DNA of 64,000 nt from an uncultured Candidatus Saccharibacteria bacterium (GCA_964628585.1 CAZVMH010000003.1:28470-92469), one strand, 5' to 3'; shown: positions 19,001-29,940, counted from the stretch's first letter. Numbers and translations: made by a program. The notes: generated by a model from the letters alone, not told the origin.

Positions 19001-20407
19001 TTACGATTTCTTATCTATTTTTTGATCTTCAATCGGTCGCATGTAGGGGAAAAATAAAATTTCACGTAGAGTTATCGAATTAGTAAGGACCTTAGTTAAG
19101 CGATCAATGCCCATTCCCCAACCAGCTGTTGGTGGCATGCCATATTCAATTGCTTTCAAGAAATCCTCATCTAGAATTTGGGCTTCTTCATCACCTTTTT
19201 CTCGCAGTTCCATTTGATCTTCAAATCTTTTTCTCTGATCCATTGGATCGTTTAATTCGGAGAAGGCCTTCAATAACTCAATTCCGCCAATAACTAATTG
19301 GAAGGTATCTACTATTTTATCATTATCTTTGTTCTTTTTTGCAAGAGGAATAAGCTCTGTCGGATGATTTGTTACAAAAGTTGGCTGAATTAATTTTTTA
19401 ACCCCCTCTTTAAAAGCTCCGTCTGTATTTTCACCATTAGTTAGTTTGTCGAAAGTAATGCGCTCAAATTTTTTAGAAAAATCGATAGTCTGTCCGCCAA
19501 TTTCAATTTCAAGTTTCCTATTATTAATTGCCGAAACAATTTTTCTAAGCATTTCTTCGGTAAAATCCATCAACTTTTCATAATCTGCATAAGCCCAATA
19601 AAATTCTAAATTTGTAAACTCGGGATTGTGAGAAGCGTCTACGCCCTCGTTTCTGAAACATTTGGCAAATTCAAAAACTTTTTCAAATCCACCCACAATT
19701 AATCTTTTTAAATATAGTTCTGGTGCAATTCTAAGAAAGACATCTCTGTCATAGGCATTATAGTGTGTTTGAAAGGGCTTAGCCGTTGCGCCACCAGCAA
19801 TCGATTGTAAAATTGGAGTTTCAACTTCCAAAAAGCCATTTTCTAGTAAAAAGTCTCTAGTTGTCTGAACAATTTTTGAGCGAATATAAAATTTTTCCTT
19901 AACTTCATCATTAACGAGCAAATCAACGTATCTTTCACGGAATCTTGTTTCCTGATCCTTAAGACCTCCGTGTTTCTCTGGCATTGGTCTTAAAGTCTTG
20001 GTTAAAATTTTAAGCGATTTTGATTCGATTGATATCTCGCCAGCATTAGTAGCAAAAACTGGACCAAACACCTCGATAAAATCACCCAAATCAAGCAAAT
20101 AAACCAATTTATTTTCTTCTTCATTGAGGTTATCGGCCTTTAAAACAGCTTGAACTTTACCAGATTCATCTTTAATATCAACAAAGCAAAGTTTTCCGTG
20201 CCCTCTAATTGCGATGACTCGACCGGCAATGGTTTGCTCTTTTTTGCTTTTGATCAGTTCATCGCTTTGATCTAAAACTTTCTGACAAGAAATACTTCTA
20301 CTTGACGAAGAAGGGTATGGGTCAACGCCCATCTCTTTAATTTTCTGCAATTTTATTTTTCGGGTGGAAATTAGATCTTTTTCGGTTGCACCAAGCTTGT
20401 CGTTCAT
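19001..20407 (-). CDS. lysS: Lysine-tRNA ligase (class II)
   Basis: GGATAKPF, LRIAPELYLKRLIVGG, FRNEG, HNPEFT, YGMPPTAGWGMGIDRL. Confidence 0.97.
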   Translation of the reverse strand: MNDKLGATEKDLISTRKIKLQKIKEMGVDPYPSSSSRSISCQKVLDQSDELIKSKKEQTIAGRVIAIRGHGKLCFVDIKDESGKVQAVLKADNLNEEENKLVYLLDLGDFIEVFGPVFATNAGEISIESKSLKILTKTLRPMPEKHGGLKDQETRFRERYVDLLVNDEVKEKFYIRSKIVQTTRDFLLENGFLEVETPILQSIAGGATAKPFQTHYNAYDRDVFLRIAPELYLKRLIVGGFEKVFEFAKCFRNEGVDASHNPEFTNLEFYWAYADYEKLMDFTEEMLRKIVSAINNRKLEIEIGGQTIDFSKKFERITFDKLTNGENTDGAFKEGVKKLIQPTFVTNHPTELIPLAKKNKDNDKIVDTFQLVIGGIELLKAFSELNDPMDQRKRFEDQMELREKGDEEAQILDEDFLKAIEYGMPPTAGWGMGIDRLTKVLTNSITLREILFFPYMRPIEDQKIDKKS

Positions 20408-20484
20408 AGTTTCTTCTCATATTAATTCTTTCACACTCAATATAGCACACTACAATGCGCCGTTAAAGAGAAAAATGAAATAAA

Positions 20485-20940
20485 CTAGGATATATTTAGA
20501 ATTTTATATTTACTTTCACCAGCCGGCGTGTTTACTTCCACTAGATCACCTTTTTTATGACCAACTAATGCTGTACCAATAGGAGAATCGATCGAAATTC
20601 TACCGTTGACAGGATCTGATTCATCAGAACCAACAATTTCAAAGATTATCTTTTCGCCATTATTTTCCACTTCAACTTGGCAACCCGCTTCTACTATTTC
20701 CTTACATGAATTCTTGTCGATGATTTGGGCATTTTTGATCTTCTTCTCTATCTCTAAAACCTTACCATACAAAAAGGCCTGCTCGTTTTTGGCCTCATGA
20801 TATTCAGCATTTTCTGAAAGATCTCCCATGTCTTTGGCTTCTTTAATTCGAACAGCAACCTCTTTGAGTTTCGTTTCCTTGATCTCTCGAACCTCGCTTT
20901 TCAATTTTTCTAAACCTTCTGCAGTTAGAATATTACTCAT
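20485..20940 (-). CDS. greA: Transcription elongation factor GreA
   Basis: GDLSENAEYHEAK, ISIDSPIG. Confidence 0.97.
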   Translation of the reverse strand: MSNILTAEGLEKLKSEVREIKETKLKEVAVRIKEAKDMGDLSENAEYHEAKNEQAFLYGKVLEIEKKIKNAQIIDKNSCKEIVEAGCQVEVENNGEKIIFEIVGSDESDPVNGRISIDSPIGTALVGHKKGDLVEVNTPAGESKYKILNIS

Positions 20941-21022
20941 AATGGCTCCAAAAAGCGCCCTTAAGTATTGTGTCTTCTACACATTATATATCAAAAATAG
21001 ATCTTTTTGCCAAGAGCAAAAA

Positions 21023-22957
21023 TCATTTACTAAAGTAATAATTTAATATCTCTTTAGCAATTGGGAGAGCAAATTCGTTTCCGCCACCACCACCTTCAAC
21101 CATCGTGAGCACCGCAATTTGTGGATTTTCATACGGAGCATAGCATTCGAACCAAGCATGGGTTTTTTGATTATCAAAAAATTGAGCTGTTCCAGTTTTT
21201 CCAGCCGATGAAACTGGTAGATCTAAAAGACTTCGAGCTGAACCTTGTGTTACAGCCATTCTCATTCCTTCTTGAACCGTTTTAACCACATCGGTACGAA
21301 CAATGTTTTCTCGAACAACTTGAGGACCAAACTCTTTTACAACGGTTCCGTCACTTCTACTGATCTTTTTAACAATTTGTGGCTGCAAAAGAGTCCCACC
21401 ATTGGCAACGGCTACTGTAGCGCGGAGCATTTGAATTGGCGTTACTAAAAGATCGCCCTGTCCGATTGAAGCATGGTAAGTGTCTCCAATATACCAGGGC
21501 TCCTTTTTGACTTTCTCTTTCCATTCTGGCGTCGGCAAAAGACCACTTGCCTCTCCGGTCAAATCGATACCGGTTTTTTCGCCCAATCCAAAGAGTTTCC
21601 AATATTTATTTATGTTATTTATACCAAGACCCTTAATTTTGTCGTAGCCTCCGCCAACTGAATAGAAAAAAACATTGTTTGATTCTGCAAGTGCCCTTTC
21701 AACATTTGTGCTTTCATAACTATGATCTTTCCAGTCTGGGAAAGTATAATCCCCTATTTGAATTGCAGCAGGTGTTACGAATGAAGTATTTTTGTTTATT
21801 GTGCCTGCAGCCAAACCAGCCGAAGCCAAAATAATTTTGCTTATTGAACCAGGTGGGTATGTGCCAGCAATTGCACGATTAAACATAGGATAAGTCGGAT
21901 TATTAATTAAATCTTGATATTTCTGATTAGATATTTGTCCAGAAAAAATATTATTATCAAAATCAGGAATTGAGACCATTGAAAGAACTCCTCCAGTTTT
22001 GACATCCATTACAATAGCTACGCCAGAATTGACTTCTTGCCCGCTCGCCGTTTTGGCACTCTCGATTCCTTTTTTTAAGGCTTCGGCTGTAACATTTTGT
22101 AAATTACGATCAAGATAAAGTGTTAAATCATTACCTGAAACGGGTTCTCTTCTACCGTCCTCTGCCAAAACCTGAATAATATTACCCTTAGAATCAACTT
22201 CAATTTGTTCGACCCCGTGTGTACCTTTCAAATATTTCTCATAAGTAGATTCCAATCCTACCTTACCACTACGATCTGTCATAAAATAATCAGTATTGTT
22301 TTTTATATCACTTTCCGAAACTTTCCCAACATACCCAAGAATATGAGCCAGTCCAGGTAATATTACATATTCTCGGTCTGATTTATTTATTATCGACACG
22401 CCAGCAACACCAAAAAGTTTCTTTTTAAGAATTAATGAGTCATCATGTGAAATATTTTCTAAAAGTGGAATATAGTCAAGTGAAAGCAGGCCATTTTTCT
22501 CTGATGCATCTTTAATGTCGGCTGGTTTCTGGTTAATGATAGTTCCGATTTGGTCATAAATCGCATCTCTTTCCGTTTTCTTTTTAGGTAAATCACAAGG
22601 ATAAAGTGCTAGGACATAGTTTGGTTTATTTCGTCCAAGCCAATTACCATCTCTGTCTAGAATGGCACCTCGCTGTGCCTCAATGACTCGAGGACGAATT
22701 CTATTTCCTTCGGCTAAACTACGATTTGATTCTCCTAAAATAACTTGAAGAAAGAAAAGTTTAGTTAAGATCAAACAAAAAATCAATACTACCAGTAACT
22801 TAAAACTAAAAAGAAACTGGGTGCTAGTTTTGCTTTCAACCTTTTTCATCCCTTCAAGAGTGACGTCTGAATAAGAAAAATCCTCCTCTTTTATACTTGT
22901 AGATGAAGAGGTTGATTTTTTAGTAATAATTTTTGAAAAATTCCCAAAAATATCCAT
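21023..22957 (-). CDS. mrdA: Penicillin-binding protein 2 (class B)
   Basis: YPPGSISK (SxxK), SNN, GKTGTAQ; follows mreBCD. Confidence 0.95.
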   Translation of the reverse strand: MDIFGNFSKIITKKSTSSSTSIKEEDFSYSDVTLEGMKKVESKTSTQFLFSFKLLVVLIFCLILTKLFFLQVILGESNRSLAEGNRIRPRVIEAQRGAILDRDGNWLGRNKPNYVLALYPCDLPKKKTERDAIYDQIGTIINQKPADIKDASEKNGLLSLDYIPLLENISHDDSLILKKKLFGVAGVSIINKSDREYVILPGLAHILGYVGKVSESDIKNNTDYFMTDRSGKVGLESTYEKYLKGTHGVEQIEVDSKGNIIQVLAEDGRREPVSGNDLTLYLDRNLQNVTAEALKKGIESAKTASGQEVNSGVAIVMDVKTGGVLSMVSIPDFDNNIFSGQISNQKYQDLINNPTYPMFNRAIAGTYPPGSISKIILASAGLAAGTINKNTSFVTPAAIQIGDYTFPDWKDHSYESTNVERALAESNNVFFYSVGGGYDKIKGLGINNINKYWKLFGLGEKTGIDLTGEASGLLPTPEWKEKVKKEPWYIGDTYHASIGQGDLLVTPIQMLRATVAVANGGTLLQPQIVKKISRSDGTVVKEFGPQVVRENIVRTDVVKTVQEGMRMAVTQGSARSLLDLPVSSAGKTGTAQFFDNQKTHAWFECYAPYENPQIAVLTMVEGGGGGNEFALPIAKEILNYYFSK

Positions 22958-23454
22958 TAAATTTTGATCTCTTTCTCAAGCGTTAGAATACTACGTAGTT
23001 TTAATATCGGTGCATATATTACAATGCCAAAGACTGAATTTATAATTACAAAATAACAAAGTGCCAAAACCGCCTCTACTCCCCATTGCTTTGTCGCTAT
23101 CATCAGAGAGAGATCAAAAAGAAACAATGATGGTACAAAATATGCAATAGAAAAGAATGCTGAAACATCCCTAAAATAATTCTTTCTCAAATAATGTATA
23201 AAAAAAGGTAAAATATAAAAAATAAATACTAAAACCAGAACTGGTACCGAAGAAAAAACTGAATAAAGTATAAAAGAAAAAGAGCTAAAAAGAATAAGAC
23301 TCTCCCACTTTTTATCTAAAGCAAAGATTACCACAACTATGAATGTCGTAATAATCGTAGCACCATAAACTGACAAATTACTAAAAAAGGTTACATCTAA
23401 AAGTGTAAGAAGTAAAGCCAAAAAACCAAAAATTATTACTCTAAACCAATTCAT
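22957..23454 (-). CDS. mreD: Probable MreD-like membrane protein
   Basis: 165-aa polytopic protein between mreC and pbp2; call rests on synteny. Confidence 0.65.
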   Translation of the reverse strand: MNWFRVIIFGFLALLLTLLDVTFFSNLSVYGATIITTFIVVVIFALDKKWESLILFSSFSFILYSVFSSVPVLVLVFIFYILPFFIHYLRKNYFRDVSAFFSIAYFVPSLFLFDLSLMIATKQWGVEAVLALCYFVIINSVFGIVIYAPILKLRSILTLEKEIKI

Positions 23455-24230
23455 TGGATAATAAACACCATTTCTAATTTTGATAAATCTGCCAATGGTT
23501 CAACTGATATATTTTTAAATAGATCAGAAGTCGATGATTCAAGTGCCCCAGTCTTTCCAATTAAAATTCCTGGTTTGAGCTCTCCATCCAGACCAGAAGT
23601 AACGATGTTCTCATCTTTTTCATATTTAACATCTTGAGCAATATTTTGAAGCATCAAGCCTGAAATTCCACCCGAAAGTACTCCTTTAGCTCGACTATTT
23701 TGCAACATTGCTAAGATAAGAGAGTCCTTACTTGTAATTAATATCACTTCAGATTCGCTTTCGTAAACTTTGTTAACTTGTCCAACTAATACACCACTTG
23801 AAATTACTGCCATTCCCTTAATAATATTTGCATCATTCCCCTTATCAATAATAATATGATCCAAAAAACTAGTTGGTTCCCTTCCAATAACTCTTGCTGG
23901 TAGAAGCTTTAATTCAGCATTTGCAGAAGCAAAACCAAGTTCGTTTTTTAAAAGTTCATTTTCCTTCTCTAATTCGATAATTCTGCTCTTATCAACTTCA
24001 AGTTCAATTAATTTATCTGCCAACTTTCTATTTTCATTATTTAAATTTCTAATTTTCCCAAAGAAGGAAAACTTGTTTCCAATGCCTCTGCCTGTGTCTG
24101 AAAAAGAAGCCATTGTTTTACTAGATACTTTAATCAAAACATTTGAGACCACATTTTTTGTTAATGGGACACTTACAATTGTCACTACCAGAATGATTGC
24201 AATGATTGATAAAATAAAAATTTTTTTCAT
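23451..24230 (-). CDS. mreC: Rod shape-determining protein MreC
   Basis: TM, coiled coil, ARVIGR, IIIDKG, GVLVGQV, IVTSGLDG. Confidence 0.93.
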   Translation of the reverse strand: MKKIFILSIIAIILVVTIVSVPLTKNVVSNVLIKVSSKTMASFSDTGRGIGNKFSFFGKIRNLNNENRKLADKLIELEVDKSRIIELEKENELLKNELGFASANAELKLLPARVIGREPTSFLDHIIIDKGNDANIIKGMAVISSGVLVGQVNKVYESESEVILITSKDSLILAMLQNSRAKGVLSGGISGLMLQNIAQDVKYEKDENIVTSGLDGELKPGILIGKTGALESSTSDLFKNISVEPLADLSKLEMVFIIQ

Positions 24231-24232
24231 TT

Positions 24233-25285
24233 TTATCTACTAAATTCTTTTGGCAACAATACATCTGAAAGTAAATCTAAATCTTCAAGTACAATTCCCG
24301 TGCCACGTGCTACTGCTGTTAGAGGATCATCTGCAATATGAACCTGGGTACCAGTTTCCATTTCAATCCTTTTATCCAATCCACGCAATAACGCACCACC
24401 ACCAGCAATAATAATGCCTTTGTCCATAATATCGGCTAGAAGTTCTGGTAGAGTTTCCTCCATTGTTGCTTTCACACTTTCTAAAATCGCATCAAGTGAT
24501 TTTTTAAGAGCTTCTCTTATTTGAGTATCATTAACTATAATCTCTTTTGGCAATCCTGTCACTAAATCTCGACCACGCATAGGTGCTTCAAGTTTGTCTT
24601 TTTGTTCTACGGCTGAACCGATTGCAATTTTAATGTCCTCTGCAGTTCTCTCTCCGAGCAATAAATTAAATTTTTCTCGAGCATATGCAATAATATCATC
24701 GTTCATTTCATCACCAGCAATTCGAAGTGAACGAGAAGAAACAACCCCACCCATGGCCATTACCGCTACTTCTGTCGTCCCACCACCAATATCTATAATC
24801 ATATTGCCAGAAGCATCTTGTATCGGCAATCTCGCCCCAATAGCAGCCGCTATTGGTTCTTCAATAAGATATACTTCACGCGCACCAGCATTAATAGCTC
24901 CTTCTTCTACTGCTCGCCTTTCAACCTCAGTTACATTATGAGGAATCCCAATAACGACGCGAGGACGAGGAATAAATGTATATTTTTCTTTATGAACACG
25001 TTCAAAAAAGTATCGGAGCATTTGCTCTGTAATTTCAAAGTCAGAAATAACACCGTCAACTAGCGGACGAACGGCTACAATGTGAGCAGGAGTACGGCCG
25101 ACCATTCGTTTTGCTTCTTCGCCAATAGCCAGAATTTCTTTAGTACGCTTATTTATAGCCACAACAGAAGGCTCTTTAATCACAATACCTCGACCCCTGA
25201 CGTATATCAAAGTATTGGCCGTTCCGAGATCGATGCCAATATCATGTGAAAATTTGTTAAACAAAAAACCGAACGGATTTTTCAT
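24233..25285 (-). CDS. mreB: Rod shape-determining protein MreB
   Basis: IGIDLGTANT, EPSVVA, EEPIAAAIGA, DIGGGTTE, GGGALL. Confidence 0.97.
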   Translation of the reverse strand: MKNPFGFLFNKFSHDIGIDLGTANTLIYVRGRGIVIKEPSVVAINKRTKEILAIGEEAKRMVGRTPAHIVAVRPLVDGVISDFEITEQMLRYFFERVHKEKYTFIPRPRVVIGIPHNVTEVERRAVEEGAINAGAREVYLIEEPIAAAIGARLPIQDASGNMIIDIGGGTTEVAVMAMGGVVSSRSLRIAGDEMNDDIIAYAREKFNLLLGERTAEDIKIAIGSAVEQKDKLEAPMRGRDLVTGLPKEIIVNDTQIREALKKSLDAILESVKATMEETLPELLADIMDKGIIIAGGGALLRGLDKRIEMETGTQVHIADDPLTAVARGTGIVLEDLDLLSDVLLPKEFSR

Positions 25286-25366
25286 AGTTTATCCTTAATG
25301 CCTAGTAACGCCACTTAACAATAATTGAAAAATATCGATCGGTCAAGGATCAGACTTAGATGTGCT

Positions 25367-26383
25367 CTACTTTAAATATTGGTTCACTTTTTTTTGATGT
25401 TCAATGAAGGTTTTACTCAAATAAATTTCGCCATCGTGCTGAAAAAAATATAAATAGTCATGGGCTGTAAAGTACTGCGTCGCTTTAATGCTTGCAATAC
25501 CAGGATTACAGATTGGGGCTGGTGGCAAAGCCGATATTCTATACGTATTGTAATTAGATATTACATTTTGATAGTCGACGCTCGTGATTGGAGACCAGAA
25601 CTTAAATTCTTTTTGAACAGCCAAGGAACTAGTATTAAAATTATTTGTATCTCTACCATATTGAACAGTTGGATCGGCCTCTAGCTTCATACCGAATTTT
25701 ACTCGATTTTTGTAAACGCCAGCAATAATTGGACGTTCCTCGTCTTTGACTGCTTCCCTTTCTACTATTGAAGCAATAATTATATCGTCTTTAGTTGGCG
25801 TAACCATTCCGTTGGTTCTGTCTTCATAGTTTTTTGTCATCTCTGTCACTATTTCATCTGCCGTATTATCAGGAGAAAAATAGTACGTATCTGGGAACAA
25901 AGACCCTTCTAGCTCAGTTGTTTTTGTCAAGAATTGATTGAGAGTTATGAGACCATTAGATTCTAATTTTTGGCCGATTTGCTCACGTCTGTAGCCCTCT
26001 GGGATGGTAATTTTGACTATCTTTGTCTTACCACTAGCAATTTGATCACAGATCTCCATTATGTTCATGTTGGACGATAGATCATAAACACCAGGTAACA
26101 ATGTAGTCTCTTTAAATCTTACATTGAGATAAAAAACCCAATCATAGCGAATTAATTCACGGCTTAAAAGATGTTGTCCGATTTGAAAGCCCGATTCACC
26201 CTCTTTAACCTCAAAAAGAACTTTCTTATCATTATTATTTAGAGGTGTTGCTAGGGCCCATTTCAGAAAAAACAGAAAGCCCGCAATGGCCAATATCAAG
26301 GCAATAAAAAAAAGGATCAAAATAGTTTGAATTGTTTTTTTGATAGACTTTTTCTCTTTGCCCTTAGTTTCGGTCTCGTTCAT
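25367..26383 (-). CDS. mltG: Endolytic transglycosylase MltG
   Basis: TIPEG, LEGSLFPDTY, ASIVERE, LEADPTVQY, YNTY...LPPAPICNPG. Confidence 0.94.
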   Translation of the reverse strand: MNETETKGKEKKSIKKTIQTILILFFIALILAIAGFLFFLKWALATPLNNNDKKVLFEVKEGESGFQIGQHLLSRELIRYDWVFYLNVRFKETTLLPGVYDLSSNMNIMEICDQIASGKTKIVKITIPEGYRREQIGQKLESNGLITLNQFLTKTTELEGSLFPDTYYFSPDNTADEIVTEMTKNYEDRTNGMVTPTKDDIIIASIVEREAVKDEERPIIAGVYKNRVKFGMKLEADPTVQYGRDTNNFNTSSLAVQKEFKFWSPITSVDYQNVISNYNTYRISALPPAPICNPGIASIKATQYFTAHDYLYFFQHDGEIYLSKTFIEHQKKVNQYLK

Positions 26384-26765
26384 TTATAAATTGCTCTAAT
26401 ATTAAAATTGCTGCCATCTCATCTATTTGATTTTTCTTAATGTCCTTAACTTTATTTTCAACCAATATCCTAGTCGCTTCAACGGATGTGAAGTTCTCTG
26501 GCTCGTAGTTTATTTTTAATTTTGATCTTTCTTCTAACTTCTTGCCGAAGTCTCGAATAGTTTTCTCCATTTCTCCTGTTCCAGAGTTTGTCGTTGGCAC
26601 TCCCATAACGATTTGTGATACCTCGTTGTCTTGGCAGATCTTAACGATTTGGTTAATAATCTCTTCGTGCGATGCCCTGCCATCAATAAAACCGGCGCCT
26701 TTGGGAAACTGCTCTCCCAGCGCCAGTCCTATTCTCTTCTTACCAAAATCTATACCCAACATCAT
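26364..26765 (-). CDS. ruvX: RuvX/YqgF family nuclease
   Basis: LGIDFGKKRIGLA, IVMGVP, ENFTS, IDEMAAILILE. Confidence 0.93.
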   Translation of the reverse strand: MMLGIDFGKKRIGLALGEQFPKGAGFIDGRASHEEIINQIVKICQDNEVSQIVMGVPTTNSGTGEMEKTIRDFGKKLEERSKLKINYEPENFTSVEATRILVENKVKDIKKNQIDEMAAILILEQFINERDRN

Positions 26766-26771
26766 ATTTTC

Positions 26772-28589
26772 TTACTCTGCATAATCAAACTTAATTGTAA
26801 TTCTATTCTTCAAAAATGGTACACGCAAAATTGGTGAAGGCCAAACATTAATTTCGGCGCTTTGAACACCTTCTTGAGAAGAAAGGTAACTTTTTGCTTC
26901 ACTGTATTTTTTATTTGAAAGTCCTTTTTTAAGAATGTTAGCATCCATCTTTTGGCCAGATCTACCAACTAAGGATGCTGTCATCTTCATTACACTTGCA
27001 CTTGTGTTTGAAACAAAAGTATAAGTTATTTCGGCCTTTTCTGGGTTAACTAACATTTTTCCCTCGCCAGCCACCTTTTCTGCTTCTGCAATTATCGTTG
27101 TTTTGGCATCCGCTTCAACAAAACTCAAGGCTGAAATTTTTAATTTTACACTATATTCAAAATTATCTGCCTCATCGCCAGCTTTCTTGGCCGTGCTTTC
27201 ACTCAAAATTTCACTGGCAGCGTTGTTAATAAAGATTTTTGCTTCTGCCTCTGTAGCTGCCGCCGAAAGCTCTTCTTTGGATGATTCAATCAAGCTCTTT
27301 GCCAATTCAGCCGAAGCACCCTTCAAGTCTGCATCGGTAATAACTTTGACACTCTTGGTTGTACCACCCGCCATAGCCGCATTTGATCTGCCATAAATCT
27401 TTCCCTGTTGGTTTAAAGGAAGTGAAGGAATCGAAAAACTAGTTGGAGTAAGATTATAAGTGTCTCCCGAATTCTCTGCCTCGACTGAGGCCTCAACGCT
27501 ACCAGCAATAAATTTAATTGGTGGGTTGGGGTCCAATTTGGCCCCGGGAACCGAAACGTCGGTAGTAAGAAGAAAGTTTTTTCCGCTCGAAGCAAATTTC
27601 GTTCCTTTACTTAAAGTTTCAGGCGTTGTGCTCCACTCGTTATATATTGTTATTTTACCAGTTGCTTTTGTGCCCACATCCTTTGAACCGGTTGCATTAT
27701 AAGTGTTTGAACCATCCTTCTCTATTGAAACTGTTTTTCCAGGAATAGTTAAAGTAGTTTGATCAACCGTTTTTAAATCGCTATCTACTATTAGTTCCTT
27801 ATCGAGTTTTACTTCCTCTGTCTTTAGGACTACAGTCGCCGTAGCATAAGGCACAAAAATATATGATATAGTCAGAATCAAAATTAAACATCCACCCATA
27901 ATTGCTAGTAATATTTTCCTTGTCTTGGCAATATTCTTTGGTTTTTGTTGTGCGTTTCTAAAAGCACCCTCTTGAGACGAACTTGACATACGATTTCCTC
28001 CTCCTTTTTTTTCTTCCGTTGGTTCTTGTCTTGGTTTTTCCGGTTCTGAAAATTTTGGTTTATAAGGTACTGGCTCTTTTGGCCGTGGTTTTTCCACTGG
28101 TTTTTCTTCTTCGGCAATTTCTACATCTTCATTATCAGATGCATCAGAGTCATCTATTATCTCACTCGATCCTGCCTCCTCCTCGAGCTCCTCTGCTTCT
28201 GTTGGATCCTCTTCTTCTGCTACTTCCTCGGCTTCTTTTTTGGCATAATAACTATTTATTCGAAAACCGCCCTTGCCCTCTTCTGAAATTGGAATACCAG
28301 CAAATTTGTCTTCTTTCGGGACAGCTTTTTCAGCCTCCGAAACTTTTGAAAAGACTGATAGTCCCACCTGTGAAGCTAAATTGCGACTGATTCTATCAGT
28401 GGTTACAAGCGAAAAATCAATACCAAGTTTGGCTGCACTTTTTTTAAGCAATTTTAGATTGACTATGCTTTGAGCCAAAGACCCGCCACGAGGTATAACA
28501 AAAGAAACCGACTTACCTTCGGCTTTTTTTAGCCGATCGATTACGGAGGTAATTTCTTCGTCTGCCTCAAGATAAAAAATCTCGTTCAT
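26772..28589 (-). CDS. Bitopic membrane protein with a 'baseplate J/gp47-like' extracellular region
   Basis: YLEADEEITSVIDRL N-domain, acidic linker, TM, then KATGKITIYN...KGTKF...VEAENSGDTYN...AMAGG. Confidence 0.7.
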   Translation of the reverse strand: MNEIFYLEADEEITSVIDRLKKAEGKSVSFVIPRGGSLAQSIVNLKLLKKSAAKLGIDFSLVTTDRISRNLASQVGLSVFSKVSEAEKAVPKEDKFAGIPISEEGKGGFRINSYYAKKEAEEVAEEEDPTEAEELEEEAGSSEIIDDSDASDNEDVEIAEEEKPVEKPRPKEPVPYKPKFSEPEKPRQEPTEEKKGGGNRMSSSSQEGAFRNAQQKPKNIAKTRKILLAIMGGCLILILTISYIFVPYATATVVLKTEEVKLDKELIVDSDLKTVDQTTLTIPGKTVSIEKDGSNTYNATGSKDVGTKATGKITIYNEWSTTPETLSKGTKFASSGKNFLLTTDVSVPGAKLDPNPPIKFIAGSVEASVEAENSGDTYNLTPTSFSIPSLPLNQQGKIYGRSNAAMAGGTTKSVKVITDADLKGASAELAKSLIESSKEELSAAATEAEAKIFINNAASEILSESTAKKAGDEADNFEYSVKLKISALSFVEADAKTTIIAEAEKVAGEGKMLVNPEKAEITYTFVSNTSASVMKMTASLVGRSGQKMDANILKKGLSNKKYSEAKSYLSSQEGVQSAEINVWPSPILRVPFLKNRITIKFDYAE

Positions 28590-28624
28590 ATTGCTATTAT
28601 ACCAAAAATATATCTAAAATTTCT

Positions 28625-29878
28625 TTATGATCTGATTCCATCCACAATCTTATCCAAAATTCCTTCGACGACTGTTGGATCACCAGCCAAATCTATTGCT
28701 AAATTGGCCAATCCCATCGGTGTAATATCCTGTGAGCCAACTAATTTTTTTGTCTCGTCCTCTACGCTATGAATTTGGCTTGGCTTTATAAAATCAACCT
28801 TTGGTTGCTTCGCAAAGGGCAATCTCTTTGTCCAAGCTCGTGTTTCCAAATAATCTCGAATATCTGGCAGAAGACAGCCACCCCCACAAAGCAAAATTTT
28901 TGAGGGTAAAAGATCAACATTAGAAAATTCCTCTAAAGCTAGTTGGACACCGGCTAGCCAGACTTCACAGTCATTCTCTAAAGCTTTTTTAATCTTTTGA
29001 TATTTCTCCGATTCTTTTTTGAGTTTGCCTGCAGAATAATCAATTTTTACCGCTTCTGCTTCAGCAAAGCTCATGTCCAGCATGTCGGCAATGGACTTGG
29101 TGAATACTCGTCCACCAATAGCGAACATCTTTGTTCCCTCAACTCCTCCGCCTCGGACTACGGCAATGTCTGTCGTGCCACCACCGATGTCAATAAATAT
29201 GGAGGAGAACTCGGCACTATCCTCAAGTCCCACACTCTGGGCCACCGCATATGGTTCGGCCGCAATCGATAATAGGTCAAGGTTAAGTCCCTCTGCAATG
29301 GTCTGCAATGCCCCAAGGTGAACAATGGGAGCAAAAGCGTTAAATATACCGACTTGAATATCTCTGCCCTGAAAACCGACTGGATTGGTAACCTTATAGC
29401 CATCGATCTTAACGTCCACCACGGCTGAATTTACCAATTTTACATCAATCTCAGAGTGACCAGTTTCCCAGGCTAATTCCGATCTTGTTTTCTCAAATGA
29501 TTTCTCCTGAACCTGTCCAATGATGTCTTTAAGCTCTTTAACTGTAATTCTCTCTTTACTATCGTCACGCTTATAGTAAACAGTCGTGGTTGTGCCTTTG
29601 ACCAGCTCACCAGCGATTCCGATTACGCACTGTGTTGGAACCACTTTCGCCTCGTCACAAGCTTCATCGAGCGCTACTTCGCAGTTACGAATTACACCAG
29701 AGATATCGGTAACGCGTCCGCCCTGCATGTCGGAAAGCTGTTGGCGCTGTTTCCCCACACCCATTACAATCGCTTTGTCCTTCTCAATACGAAAAACCAA
29801 CGCTTTGACAAACTCTGTACCAATATCAAGCGCAATCGCATATCGATTTTTATTTTTTCCCCCGCCAAATAGACCCAT
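28625..29878 (-). CDS. FtsA-like actin-fold ATPase (not in an ftsZ locus)
   Basis: IALDIGTEFVK, AEPYAVA, IDIGGGTTD, LCGGG. Confidence 0.85.
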   Translation of the reverse strand: MGLFGGGKNKNRYAIALDIGTEFVKALVFRIEKDKAIVMGVGKQRQQLSDMQGGRVTDISGVIRNCEVALDEACDEAKVVPTQCVIGIAGELVKGTTTTVYYKRDDSKERITVKELKDIIGQVQEKSFEKTRSELAWETGHSEIDVKLVNSAVVDVKIDGYKVTNPVGFQGRDIQVGIFNAFAPIVHLGALQTIAEGLNLDLLSIAAEPYAVAQSVGLEDSAEFSSIFIDIGGGTTDIAVVRGGGVEGTKMFAIGGRVFTKSIADMLDMSFAEAEAVKIDYSAGKLKKESEKYQKIKKALENDCEVWLAGVQLALEEFSNVDLLPSKILLCGGGCLLPDIRDYLETRAWTKRLPFAKQPKVDFIKPSQIHSVEDETKKLVGSQDITPMGLANLAIDLAGDPTVVEGILDKIVDGIRS

Positions 29879-29940
29879 AAGCCTCACTTATCACAAAAAT
29901 ATCCCTTAGCTACAATTATATCACTAATTGTTTATAAACC

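Noticed and set aside
23451-24230. Alternative genetic code (TGA = Gly, code 25)
   Set aside because: mreC, pbp2 and others end at TGA at the expected lengths, and long genes are intact under code 11.
26772-28589. Prophage or contractile injection system suggested by the baseplate-J-like region
   Set aside because: No other tail, sheath, capsid or integrase genes; the protein has a TM and sits among housekeeping genes.
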